NCBI GenBank assembly: GCA_963776345.1
Contig: CAVZMH010000001.1
Location: 160,001-224,000 of the forward strand
Direction of reading: 5' to 3'
DNA length: 64,000 nucleotides
Source of the DNA: an uncultured delta proteobacterium
Lineage (GTDB): Bacteria; Myxococcota; Myxococcia; Myxococcales; Myxococcaceae
Shown: in pieces, positions 53,172 to 61,898 of the stretch
Position numbering within the stretch: position 1 is the first letter of the stretch
How the letters are laid out: every line of letters starts with the position of its first letter
The notes under the pieces: generated by a model
Database searches by the model: none
The model's input: the letters and a program-made list of their open reading frames with translations, nothing else
Told to the model about the DNA's origin: nothing
Position numbers and translations under genes: made by a program

Positions 53172-56100
53172 CTACATCGAATCGGATCTTGCCTTCGCCG
53201 GAAGCGTCTTCACCATCGGTGAAAGGTCCGGCCCCACCCAAGGCCAGGCCGTCCCGCTCGGCCACCACGCAGGCGCACCTGACAAATAGAGCGAAGATGG
53301 GATCGTGACCACCGTGCTCCCGTCCCATTGGGTCGAGTTGTGGAAGTAGTCGTAGTTGCCGGTGCGGAACAGACTCGTCGCCGCGATGTCGTTCTGTCCC
53401 CCGCCGCCGTTGCCAAGCTCGTAGATCGCGCCAGGCGAGCCGTTTGAGAAGTGGTCGTACTGCTGAGTGATTCCGGCCGCCCCGAGCACATTGCCGACGA
53501 CGTTCATGCCGACCGCACCTGCCTCCAGGTCGAGCGCGGTGATGTTTCCAGTGCGGGCCAGGTTGGTGTCGGCGACCGAGGGGTCAGCGAAGTGGGTGGA
53601 GGAATAGTTGCGAAAAAAGGTGAAGTAGCCCGCATTGCCGTGCGTCGAGGTCGCCCCCATGTGCGGAGCAAGATTTCCCTCCATCAACTCCATGTGACTG
53701 AAGGAACAATGACTGTCGATGTTCACTTCCTGCCAGGTGCCGTCGGCCCAAGAATTGTCGGCGTAGTTGTAGCCGATGACGTTTCCGCCACCACTGATCT
53801 GAAACATGATCGGCTTGTTCATGTAGCGAACGATGTTGTTCTCGACCAGCGTCTCGGCAACACCACAGCCCAAGACGATTCCGTAGCAATCGTGCGCAAA
53901 ACCGTAGCTGGCCGAATGATGAAAATAGGAGTCACGAACGACGCAGCGATAGGTGCCACCCAGCCGCACGTGCATTCCGTCATTGGTCGCGTCAGTCTGA
54001 ACGTCTTTGACCCAGCAATATGCGGCATTCGAGATGTCGATTCCGCCGGCTGACTGGCCCAAGTACGAACCTCTGGTGCCGCCCTGGAGGTGGAGATGCT
54101 CGATACCGGCCCATTTGACGGTGGGCGCGCTCGTAACTCGAACCACTTCGGCTTTGGTCGATCCGCCGGCCTGGAACGTCCAATGGAGCGGAGAACCAAG
54201 CGTGAGCGTCCCTGAACCTGCGTTGACCGCTACGACCTCATCGACCTGGCTGAGCGAGCGCCAACCGTCTCCGTTGTTCCGCTTGAGGTTGTTGTAAGAG
54301 CAATCGCCAAGGACAACCGGGCTGACGTCAATCTGGTCGACAAGAACCAGGTCGCCAACGGCAAAGTTCGACGCCGCACTCCCGATCGTGAGTGTGTTCG
54401 TCTCTTTTGCCCCATCGGCGGTGAGCGCCACGCCTTGCCCGTTGCCCGCTGCACAGATTCGGTCACGTTGTGTTCCAATTGCCATCACCGTGCCACCGTT
54501 GCTCTTCACAATCGTCGTGCCGCCGGTGCCAGAACCGGCGCCGCGCAGCACCACGTTGCTCTTGAGCTGAATCGTGGAGGTGATGGTAAAGGTGCCCGCG
54601 CCCAGCTGCACAACTTGGTTTGCTGGACACCCGTTGATTGCGGCTTGAATGTTGCCCCCCGGGTTGACGGTTGCACAGACCGTCGTTCGCTGCGGAAGCC
54701 CGTCGGTTCCCAGCGCCAGCCCGAGCGGCTGGTCGGCAAGAATTCCTGGGCTCCACGTCGTGCGGCGGTTGGCCGGGATGATGCTCACTGTGGCGACGCT
54801 GATGGTGGCGGTCGCCTTCTTCGAGGTGTCGGCGACGCTGGTCGCCACCACATGGTAGGTCCCGGCGGTTGCGGGGGCAGTGTAATGACCACTGGCGTCG
54901 ACGCTACCGCCGCCAGCGCCTTCCTGGACCGACCACGTCACTGCGGTCGACTGTGCACCGGTCGTTCCAGTGACCGTCGCGGTGAAGGTGGCGGTGCTGC
55001 TCGGGGCGACGGTTGCGGACGAAGGCGAGATGGTCACCGATATGACGGGTGGCGGAGTCACGGTGACGGTCGCCGTTGCCTTCTTCGAGGCATCGGCAAC
55101 GCTGGTCGCGACCACGTGGTAGATGCCCGCTGTATTGGGAGCGGTGTAGTGACCAGAAGCATCGACGGTGCCTCCGCTGGCTCCCTCCTGGACTGACCAG
55201 GTGACGGCGGTGGACTGGCCGGCGGTGGTTCCAGTGACGGTGGCGGAGAAGGTCACCGTTCCGCCGACGGTCGTGGATGCGGTGGGGGGACTGAGGGAGA
55301 CGGCGATGTTCGGAGTCACCGTGACGGTGGCGGTGGCCTTCTTGGAGGTGTCGGCCACGCTGGTGGCCACCACATGGAAGGTCCCTGGCGTCCCCGGGGC
55401 GGTGTACTGACCGGAGCTGTTCACCGTGCCCCCTCCGGACTCCTGGACCGACCAGGTGACGGCGGTGGACTGGCCGGCGGTGGTTCCAGTGACGGTGGCG
55501 GTGAAGGTTGCCGTCCCTCCCACCCGGATGGTGGCCGTGCCGGGGGACACCGAAACCGCCACCACCGGCGTGGCGGTCACCGAGATGGTGGCCGTCGCGG
55601 TCTTCGACGGATCGGCCACGCTGGTGGCAAGGACATGGAACGTCCCCGTCGTGCTGGGAGCCAGGTAGTGGCCGGAGGAGTCAATGGTTCCCCCGCCACC
55701 TTCCTGGACCGACCAGGTGACCGCAGTGGATTGGCCGGCGGTGGTCCCGGTGACCGTGGCGGTGAAGGTCAGGGAGCCACCGGTCGTGGTGGAGGCATTG
55801 GACGGAACGATGTTGACCGCGATGACCGGGGCGGCTCCCACCACCACGCTGGCTGTGTCGGCCCGCGAGGGATCGGCCACGCTGGTGGCAACCACGTGGA
55901 AGGTGCCGGTCGCTCCCGGGGCGACGTAGGTCCCCGACCCATCGATGGTCCCGCCCCCTTGCTCCTCGACCGACCAGGTCACTGCCGTGGAATCGCCGGG
56001 GTTGGTCCCGGTGACGGTGGCGGTGAACGAGGACGACGCCCCGACGATGACGTTCGCACTCTTCGGACTGACCGAGACCACGACCGAGGACTGGACCGTC

Positions 56101-56432
56101 ACCGAGGCCCTGGCCCGCTTGGTCGGGTCAGCCTTGCTGGCCGCCACCACGTGGAAGGTCCCGCTCGACTGGGGAGCGGTGTACCGGCCGGAGGAGTCGA
56201 CAGCCCCACCGTCCGGCTCCTCGACGGACCAGCTGAAGCCTGCCGCCTGGATGGAACTATCCCCGGAGATGGAGGCCTGGAACTGCACCTCCCCTCCCCG
56301 AGAGGTGGTGGCCGTTGGCGGAACGACGGAGACGTCGGAGGTGACTGACCCGACTTGCCCGACTTCTCCACTACATCCCTGGGCCAGAACTGCCGTGAGG
56401 GTCAGGACGAGGAGGCTGATCGGGAGGCGCAC
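53172..56432 (-). CDS. Large surface lipoprotein: six Ig-like (Big_2-type) repeats plus a parallel beta-helix (pectate-lyase-like) domain
   Basis: Lipobox AQGC; six ~85-aa units with VTWSV/G.Y.AP/TFHVVATS; C-terminal IQAAINGC..VVQLGAGTF..VVLRGAG, LVENN, NVIGYNY. Confidence 0.88.
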   Translation of the reverse strand: MRLPISLLVLTLTAVLAQGCSGEVGQVGSVTSDVSVVPPTATTSRGGEVQFQASISGDSSIQAAGFSWSVEEPDGGAVDSSGRYTAPQSSGTFHVVAASKADPTKRARASVTVQSSVVVSVSPKSANVIVGASSSFTATVTGTNPGDSTAVTWSVEEQGGGTIDGSGTYVAPGATGTFHVVATSVADPSRADTASVVVGAAPVIAVNIVPSNASTTTGGSLTFTATVTGTTAGQSTAVTWSVQEGGGGTIDSSGHYLAPSTTGTFHVLATSVADPSKTATATISVTATPVVAVSVSPGTATIRVGGTATFTATVTGTTAGQSTAVTWSVQESGGGTVNSSGQYTAPGTPGTFHVVATSVADTSKKATATVTVTPNIAVSLSPPTASTTVGGTVTFSATVTGTTAGQSTAVTWSVQEGASGGTVDASGHYTAPNTAGIYHVVATSVADASKKATATVTVTPPPVISVTISPSSATVAPSSTATFTATVTGTTGAQSTAVTWSVQEGAGGGSVDASGHYTAPATAGTYHVVATSVADTSKKATATISVATVSIIPANRRTTWSPGILADQPLGLALGTDGLPQRTTVCATVNPGGNIQAAINGCPANQVVQLGAGTFTITSTIQLKSNVVLRGAGSGTGGTTIVKSNGGTVMAIGTQRDRICAAGNGQGVALTADGAKETNTLTIGSAASNFAVGDLVLVDQIDVSPVVLGDCSYNNLKRNNGDGWRSLSQVDEVVAVNAGSGTLTLGSPLHWTFQAGGSTKAEVVRVTSAPTVKWAGIEHLHLQGGTRGSYLGQSAGGIDISNAAYCWVKDVQTDATNDGMHVRLGGTYRCVVRDSYFHHSASYGFAHDCYGIVLGCGVAETLVENNIVRYMNKPIMFQISGGGNVIGYNYADNSWADGTWQEVNIDSHCSFSHMELMEGNLAPHMGATSTHGNAGYFTFFRNYSSTHFADPSVADTNLARTGNITALDLEAGAVGMNVVGNVLGAAGITQQYDHFSNGSPGAIYELGNGGGGQNDIAATSLFRTGNYDYFHNSTQWDGSTVVTIPSSLYLSGAPAWWPSGTAWPWVGPDLSPMVKTLPAKARSDSM
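54790..56335 (-). repeat. Coding tandem repeat, ~255-260 bp period (Ig units)
   Basis: A 52-bp block is identical at 55195-55246 and 55450-55501. Confidence 0.9.
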
Positions 56433-56566
56433 TCAGCGCATATGCGCTCGATCCCTCGCTGGACAAAGTGCCAAATCCGAATGCCTACCTTGCCTACCCT
56501 TAGAAAGCGTTCTCCGACAAAGGAGTACTCAAGGGCAAGAACTGGTCTCCTGCTCGTAGTCGACGG

Positions 56567-57019
56567 TCAGTGCTTCGTCCAGGCCCAACCCGTGATGCGC
56601 CAGCCAGTCGGCCACTTCCGCAGGGTCACGGTAAAGATGGAGCCCGTCTCGGACGCCGGCTTCCCCTTCACCTTGAACTTGAAGTTGGCTGGTATCACCA
56701 GATAGGCGCGGTCGACGTCGACGTCGACATGCCTGGGCTTGCCCAGCGTGACGACCGGATCGGTGATTCCATTCTTCTTGGCGTTGGCGGCGAGGTCGTC
56801 CGCCCAGTCCGAGCACGCTGACGCGCCCTGCCAGACGTACGGGGAGAACTCGTCGATGATGGCGACCTCAGCGGCGCACGTCGCAAGCACCACCTTGGTG
56901 TCCCCCTTGTTGAAGCCGTCCATGAACTGATTCACCACCGCCACCACGTCCGTCCTGTCGGATGCGGAGGCCGATCCCGTCATCCCGATGATGGCAAGTG
57001 CGGCAAGAGTCCTGCGCAT
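56567..57019 (-). CDS. Secreted NTF2-like (SnoaL/DUF4440) protein
   Basis: GGGAGA RBS, signal peptide, FMDGFNKGD, IIDEFSPY, GWRITGWAW. Confidence 0.85.
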   Translation of the reverse strand: MRRTLAALAIIGMTGSASASDRTDVVAVVNQFMDGFNKGDTKVVLATCAAEVAIIDEFSPYVWQGASACSDWADDLAANAKKNGITDPVVTLGKPRHVDVDVDRAYLVIPANFKFKVKGKPASETGSIFTVTLRKWPTGWRITGWAWTKH

Positions 57020-57113
57020 GCTCTTCTCCCCTCGGCGTGGCTTCACGGCGCACTCTGGCACGACTGCACCTACCGGCGCCGCCGCGGACGATGGTTCACA
57101 CAGGGGACTCTCC

Positions 57114-58181
57114 CTGGCGACCCCTCGCGCTCCCGGGTACGCTTCCTCCTTTCCCCGGACCCCGCCCCTGCAGGACCGCGCCGAACACTTCGCGAACCTC
57201 GACCTGCTCCGCGCCTGTGCGGTTCTCGCCGTCTACGTCGGGCACCTCGCGCAGCTCTTCGAGGTGGACCGGCTCGGACCGCTGTCCTTCCGGCTCCTGG
57301 CGCAAGGCGGGGTGGCCATCTTCTTCGTCCACACCAGCTACGTGCTGATGCGCGCGCTCGGCCGGCTCCCCGCGCAGGATCGCGCGCTCCGCTTCTATGT
57401 CCGGCGCGTGTTCCGCATCTATCCGCTGAGCATCCTCGTCGTCTCGGCCGTGGTGCTGCTGCGCATCCCCTCGTTCCCGACGCGCGTGTACCAGTGGCCG
57501 GGGTGGCCGGACGTCGTGGCCAACCTGATGCTGGTGCAGAACCTCACTCTGACCCCGTCGGTGCTCGACCCGCTCTGGAGCCTCCCGTACGAGGTTCAGA
57601 TGTACCTGCTGCTCCCCCCGCTCTTTTTCTGGGTGACCCACCCTCGGGCGCCGGCGCCGGTCCTCATCTGGCTCCTGGCGGTGGTGCTGGCGCTCGTCCA
57701 GGAAGGGACCACCGCCGCCCGGCTCGACCTGGCGCGCTACGCGCCCTGCTTCGTCGCCGGGGTGGTGGCCTTCGCGCAGGAACGCAGGACCGGGGCGCGG
57801 CTCCATTGGCTCGGCTGGCCGGTGGTCATCGCCATGGCCTTCGCGCTCCGGCAGCTCGGGCTCGAGGTGGGGTGGCTCGGGTGCCTGCTGCTCGGGATGT
57901 CGGTGGGCCGCTTCCGCCAGGTCGACGTGGGGTGGATCCGCCGCTGCGCAGAATGGATCGCCCGCTACTCGTATGGCATCTACCTCGCCCACCTCGTCGT
58001 CTTCTGGGTCGCCTTCGTCGTGCTGGCGAGCGCCCCGCTCGCGTTCCGGGTGGCAGCCTGCGCGGCACTGTCGGTGCTGCTGCCCGTGGTGCTCTACCAC
58101 GCGGTGGAGGCGCCGATGATCGCCCGGGGGGTGGCGCTCACCGGGCAGCGGCGCGGCGTCGAGCTCACCGCATCGTCCTGA
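57114..58181 (+). CDS. Acyltransferase-3 (OafA-like) membrane O-acyltransferase; start uncertain
   Basis: LDLLRACAVLAVYVGH, GVAIFF, RRVFRIYP, LWSLPYEVQMY, SYGIYLAH, VEAP. Confidence 0.88.
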   Translation: MATPRAPGYASSFPRTPPLQDRAEHFANLDLLRACAVLAVYVGHLAQLFEVDRLGPLSFRLLAQGGVAIFFVHTSYVLMRALGRLPAQDRALRFYVRRVFRIYPLSILVVSAVVLLRIPSFPTRVYQWPGWPDVVANLMLVQNLTLTPSVLDPLWSLPYEVQMYLLLPPLFFWVTHPRAPAPVLIWLLAVVLALVQEGTTAARLDLARYAPCFVAGVVAFAQERRTGARLHWLGWPVVIAMAFALRQLGLEVGWLGCLLLGMSVGRFRQVDVGWIRRCAEWIARYSYGIYLAHLVVFWVAFVVLASAPLAFRVAACAALSVLLPVVLYHAVEAPMIARGVALTGQRRGVELTASS

Positions 58182-58280
58182 CCCAAGCCCACCGGCACCT
58201 TTCACCCGCCGAAACCACAGGTGCGGCCCGGGTCACGCCGACCCAGGGCGGCCCTGGAGTGGTGCGCTACGATGACGCCG

Positions 58281-59684
58281 ATGGAGCACGCGCTTCGCCC
58301 CACATGTCCGGCCTGTGGTGGGGGACTGCTCGCCCTTTCACGCTGTGCCTCGTGCGGGGTTGCGGCACGGGTGAACGGGTATGTCGTCGAGGCGGTTCTC
58401 GCCGAGCACGCGCACGCGCGGGTCTACGCGGCCCGGTCATCTGACGGCGCCCGGGTGGCGGTCAAGGAGCTCCTCTTCGCCCTGGTCCCGAGCGTCGCGC
58501 AGGTCGATGCCTTCACCCGCGAGGTCGCCTTTCTCCGGGGCCTCACCCACCGGCACACGCCTCGTTTCATCGACGCATTCAGCGTTGGCGACGGGGTCGA
58601 GACACGCTTCTACCTGGTCCAGGAATTCATCGAGGGCGAATCGCTCCTGGCCCGACTCCAGCGCGAACCGCTCATCGGGTCGGCCTTCGACGACGTCGCG
58701 ATCCAGGTGCTGGAGACGCTGGTCGCGCTGCACGGACGGACACCCCGCATCGTTCACCGGGACATCAAGCCCGCCAATCTCGTGTTTCGCGAGAACGGCG
58801 AGCTGGTGCTGGTGGATTTCGGGTCGGCGCGCCACCTGGAACGTGGCGCCACCTTCGGTTCGACGCTGGTGGGGACGGTGGGGTACATGCCTCCCGAACA
58901 GCTCGGTGGCACGGTCGACGAATCGAGTGATCTGTATGCGCTCGGCGCCTCGTTGCTGCATGCGGCCACCGGGCAGAGCCCCGCGACCTTTCTGGTCGAC
59001 GGCATGCACCTGACGTTTCCTCCGGTGCCCGGTCTGTCCCCGAAGCAGAACGCATTCCTGGCACGACTGACGGCACCGAGGCGGGGCGCCCGGTTCTCCA
59101 CGGCATCCGAGGCCCTGGAGTGGCTGCGCTCGCCGTACCGGGTCGGACGCCGTCGCGGCGCGCTGCTGGTCGCCGCGGTGACCGCTGGCCTCGCCCTGGT
59201 CGCGTTCGGCGCCAGCCACGGGGTCCGCAGAGTCGGCACGGGTGCTCCGCCGACAGTCGTGCCCGGATCCGGAGGGCCGGCGTCGGGGGATCCCAGCCCA
59301 GCGAGCCTCCTCGCCGAGGCGCAGGCAGGCACGCGCGCGCTGTGGACCGCAGAAGCCAGCTACTTCGCCGAGCGCGACCGCTACACCGACAACCTTCCAG
59401 CCGCTGGATTCGCTCCCGACGTCTGGTGCCCCGATGGTGCCCGTACCCGTCATGGCGAGCGGGCGCTCCCCGGTGAGGCGGTGGGCTGCCATTTCCTCTT
59501 CGGCGTCATCATCGAGGGAACGCCGCCGGCGCAGCGGCTCGCCGTCTACGCACGCGGCGCGGTCGCACCGGTCCAGGGGAGGGCCTGGGTGACTTCATTC
59601 CAGGGGCCGAGGGCCGGGATCCCCGAGGAATGGACGAACGAGAAGCTTCTCTCCGTCCTCGCCTCCCGGCCTGCCGCGCCCTGA
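58281..59684 (+). CDS. Transmembrane Ser/Thr kinase with an N-terminal zinc ribbon and a pilin-like extracytoplasmic domain
   Basis: CPAC..CASC; VAVKE, HRDIKPAN, DFG, GTVGYMPPE; TM ALLVAAVTAGLALVAFG; TACGAT 7 nt before ATG 58281. Confidence 0.88.
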   Translation: MEHALRPTCPACGGGLLALSRCASCGVAARVNGYVVEAVLAEHAHARVYAARSSDGARVAVKELLFALVPSVAQVDAFTREVAFLRGLTHRHTPRFIDAFSVGDGVETRFYLVQEFIEGESLLARLQREPLIGSAFDDVAIQVLETLVALHGRTPRIVHRDIKPANLVFRENGELVLVDFGSARHLERGATFGSTLVGTVGYMPPEQLGGTVDESSDLYALGASLLHAATGQSPATFLVDGMHLTFPPVPGLSPKQNAFLARLTAPRRGARFSTASEALEWLRSPYRVGRRRGALLVAAVTAGLALVAFGASHGVRRVGTGAPPTVVPGSGGPASGDPSPASLLAEAQAGTRALWTAEASYFAERDRYTDNLPAAGFAPDVWCPDGARTRHGERALPGEAVGCHFLFGVIIEGTPPAQRLAVYARGAVAPVQGRAWVTSFQGPRAGIPEEWTNEKLLSVLASRPAAP

Positions 59685-59688
59685 AGGG

Positions 59689-59767
59689 GTGCTCACCCCT
59701 CGGAGGATAGAGCAGTCCCGGGCCGGTCGTCAGGCAGGGGAAGTCTCGGGGCTCGGACTGCTACTGC
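59689..59767 (-). repeat. Dispersed intergenic element, copy B
   Basis: Aligns to 50558-50630; begins 4 nt after the kinase stop; imperfect hairpin gcaggggaagtc/gactgctactgc. Confidence 0.85.
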
Positions 59768-59853
59768 GCTGCTGCGCTCACCAGACGAGCTGGGGCGGGG
59801 AGGTGGCCGGGGCGAGGGGGAGCGGCCTGGAGGGGAGCCGCAGGTGCTCGAGG

Positions 59854-60129
59854 ATGGGCCCGCCTCCTCCGGCTCCGCCAAGCCTCAAACCGTTAACCGG
59901 GGTCTGGCAAGGGCCGATCGACGCGGGAAGTAGGACGGCAATCCTGCGACTCACAATCACGGAGGACGCCGGTGCTGTGGCGGGGTGGAAGTACATCAAC
60001 GACCCAAACGATCGGGCGGAGTTTCACATGTGCAGACATTTTCCGGCACGAGGAACGGGAACTCAGTCTCACTCGTCACCCCGACCGAGACGATTATGGC
60101 CACGCACTTCGCCCGCGGAGCCGCCGTGA
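59854..60129 (+). pseudogene. Fragment of a beta-rich secreted/lipoprotein gene
   Basis: Pro linker then LTGVWQG..LRLTITEDAGAVAG; apparent continuation TFSGTRNGNSVSL in another frame; no signal peptide. Confidence 0.4.
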
Positions 60130-60265
60130 ATGCGTCCACGCCAATGAGATCCAAGGAAGAACAAAGCGGGATTTCGCTCCCGAGGCCGAGGCGTGGACGA
60201 GTAGCGGGCCGCGCCGCTCGGCCGGAACGGGGTCGCGAGAGTCGGGCCGGAGGCGCTCGGCGGAG

Positions 60266-60311
60266 GTACTCACCGCTGCCGAGGGTAGAGCAGTCCCGAG
60301 CCTGGCGTCAG
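60266..60311 (-). repeat. Dispersed intergenic element, copy C (core only)
   Basis: gtactcac...gagggtagagcagtcccgagcctggcgtcag matches the first ~46 nt of copies A and B. Confidence 0.78.
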
Positions 60312-60369
60312 CACGGCGGAGATGCTTCGCCCAGCCCGTTTCCCGCTGGACGCCGCGAGCGCGCCGGGC

Positions 60370-61224
60370 TCAGGGAAAGGGAACGCGTCCCTCGGCGGTC
60401 TCGATCGGGAGCGCGTCCCGGAGCATCAACGAGTACCGCACTCCACGGTCGATCACGGGGACGTCGAGCCTGGTATGCGACAGCTCAGGCCGGGCGAGGA
60501 ACTCCGTCCGCAGCCAGCGCAGAAGCGCGGCCTGCTTCGGGGTCGAGGTGAGAACGCCATTCCCGAACTGGTCCGTCCGCGGGTCCGTCGGCTCGAGCGC
60601 CACCGCGGAGGCGCGCGGATCGGCGAGCGGCCACGGGAGCGGCTCGCGCCAGTCGGTCCCGGCCTCCTGCCGGATGAGCATGAAGCGGACGTGGCCGGCA
60701 TAGGCGGGTGCCTCCGCGGCGAAGCGGATTCGCTCGGTTCGGTAGCTCTCGGCGAGGTTGGAGATCGCGGTGGGAACCGAAGCACCCTGGCAGGCACCAC
60801 TGCAGAGGATCGTCAGTCCGGAGGTCTGACCGTTCCAGAACAGATACGGGCTCCCGTCGAACGCATCCCCCTGGTAGACGCCACCGAGCGTGGCCCAGGT
60901 TTCCAACCCCACGCTGGCCTGGAGCGCGGCTCTCTCCTCCGGCCCGAGTCGCCGGGCATGGACCGGCTCCCACACGCTGCCCGAGCGCGCCCACACGCAT
61001 CCGTCGCGGGCGAAGAGGAGGTAATCCGAGTTCTCGTAGAGAAGGGCGGACCAGCCGACACGTCCCGCGGACGCCTGCTGGAGGATCCCGGCCGCCAGCT
61101 GCTCGTTCGCAGTACAGTCGCTGAAGGTCGTGTTGACGGCGATGTCAGGAGGGGGTGCCTCTCCGCATCCGGTGATGACGATCGCCGCCAGCACCGGCAA
61201 TCCTTTGCGAACACCCATGCTCAT
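60370..61224 (-). CDS. Hypothetical lipoprotein
   Basis: Lipobox ITGC after a hydrophobic stretch. Confidence 0.75.
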   Translation of the reverse strand: MSMGVRKGLPVLAAIVITGCGEAPPPDIAVNTTFSDCTANEQLAAGILQQASAGRVGWSALLYENSDYLLFARDGCVWARSGSVWEPVHARRLGPEERAALQASVGLETWATLGGVYQGDAFDGSPYLFWNGQTSGLTILCSGACQGASVPTAISNLAESYRTERIRFAAEAPAYAGHVRFMLIRQEAGTDWREPLPWPLADPRASAVALEPTDPRTDQFGNGVLTSTPKQAALLRWLRTEFLARPELSHTRLDVPVIDRGVRYSLMLRDALPIETAEGRVPFP

Positions 61225-61265
61225 GAAGATCCCATGCCACAGGCTCGAGGGCCATGGCTGCGCAC

Positions 61266-61895
61266 TCAGTCATCCCTCAGCAGGTCGAGAAGGTCTGCGG
61301 GTGCGACGGTCTCGACCCTGGGCTCCGGGATGACTTCTGTGGGAGGAGGACCCGCGCGGTCCGTCCCGCCGTGCGGCGAGAGGCAAAACGCCCGCATGTC
61401 TCCGTTTCCTCGGAGGTCCGGCGAGTATCCGGACAGAACGCACAGCTCGTCGGCCTGGCAGTCCTTTCGGCTGCGGCATTGGATAGCGCGGTCCGGAACG
61501 CAGTGCTGGAGAACGCATCCTTCGCCGGGACCGCACTCCGAGTCGCGGACACATGAGAGGCAGCGTCCTTCGACGCAAGCCCGGGCGACGGAACAGCTCG
61601 CGGAGCGCTCACAGGGTGGCCCGATGGAGTCGTCGATTCGCATCGCTTCCCACTCGCCCAAGGGCCGCGGCTGCCGCTGAACGTTCGCGGGCGGTGCGGG
61701 GGAACTGGACGCCGGACGGATATGGTCCTCGAACAGCGGCGCCGTCGCTGGGACCGACGGGTCCACGCTCCCAGGGCGGACGGGGGCCGTCGAGGCCTGC
61801 TCCTCAGGACGAGCCCGCAGCTGACCCAGGCCGAGCCCGGTCAGCGCAGCGACCACGACGAGCAGGAGGCTCGCGCTCCTCGAAGGCAGCTCCAT
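61266..61895 (-). CDS. Membrane-anchored/secreted Cys-rich protein
   Basis: N-terminal TM; three C-x4-C-x4-C-x4/5-C-like units; starts 3 nt after the upstream stop. Confidence 0.75.
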   Translation of the reverse strand: MELPSRSASLLLVVVAALTGLGLGQLRARPEEQASTAPVRPGSVDPSVPATAPLFEDHIRPASSSPAPPANVQRQPRPLGEWEAMRIDDSIGPPCERSASCSVARACVEGRCLSCVRDSECGPGEGCVLQHCVPDRAIQCRSRKDCQADELCVLSGYSPDLRGNGDMRAFCLSPHGGTDRAGPPPTEVIPEPRVETVAPADLLDLLRDD

Positions 61896-61898
61896 GGC

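Noticed and set aside
54790..56335. Ig-unit DNA repeats as a DGR template/variable repeat pair
   Set aside because: In-frame domain repeats; differences are not adenine-specific; no reverse transcriptase.
56455..56500. TGGCAC sigma54-like site and TGCCTACC direct repeat upstream of the Ig protein
   Set aside because: GG-to-GC spacing is 11 rather than 10, and the 8-bp repeat alone is too weak.
50558..60311. The three-copy repeat as a CRISPR array or classical attC site
   Set aside because: Irregular kb-scale spacing, no cas genes, no RYYYAAC/GTTRRRY ends and no integrase.
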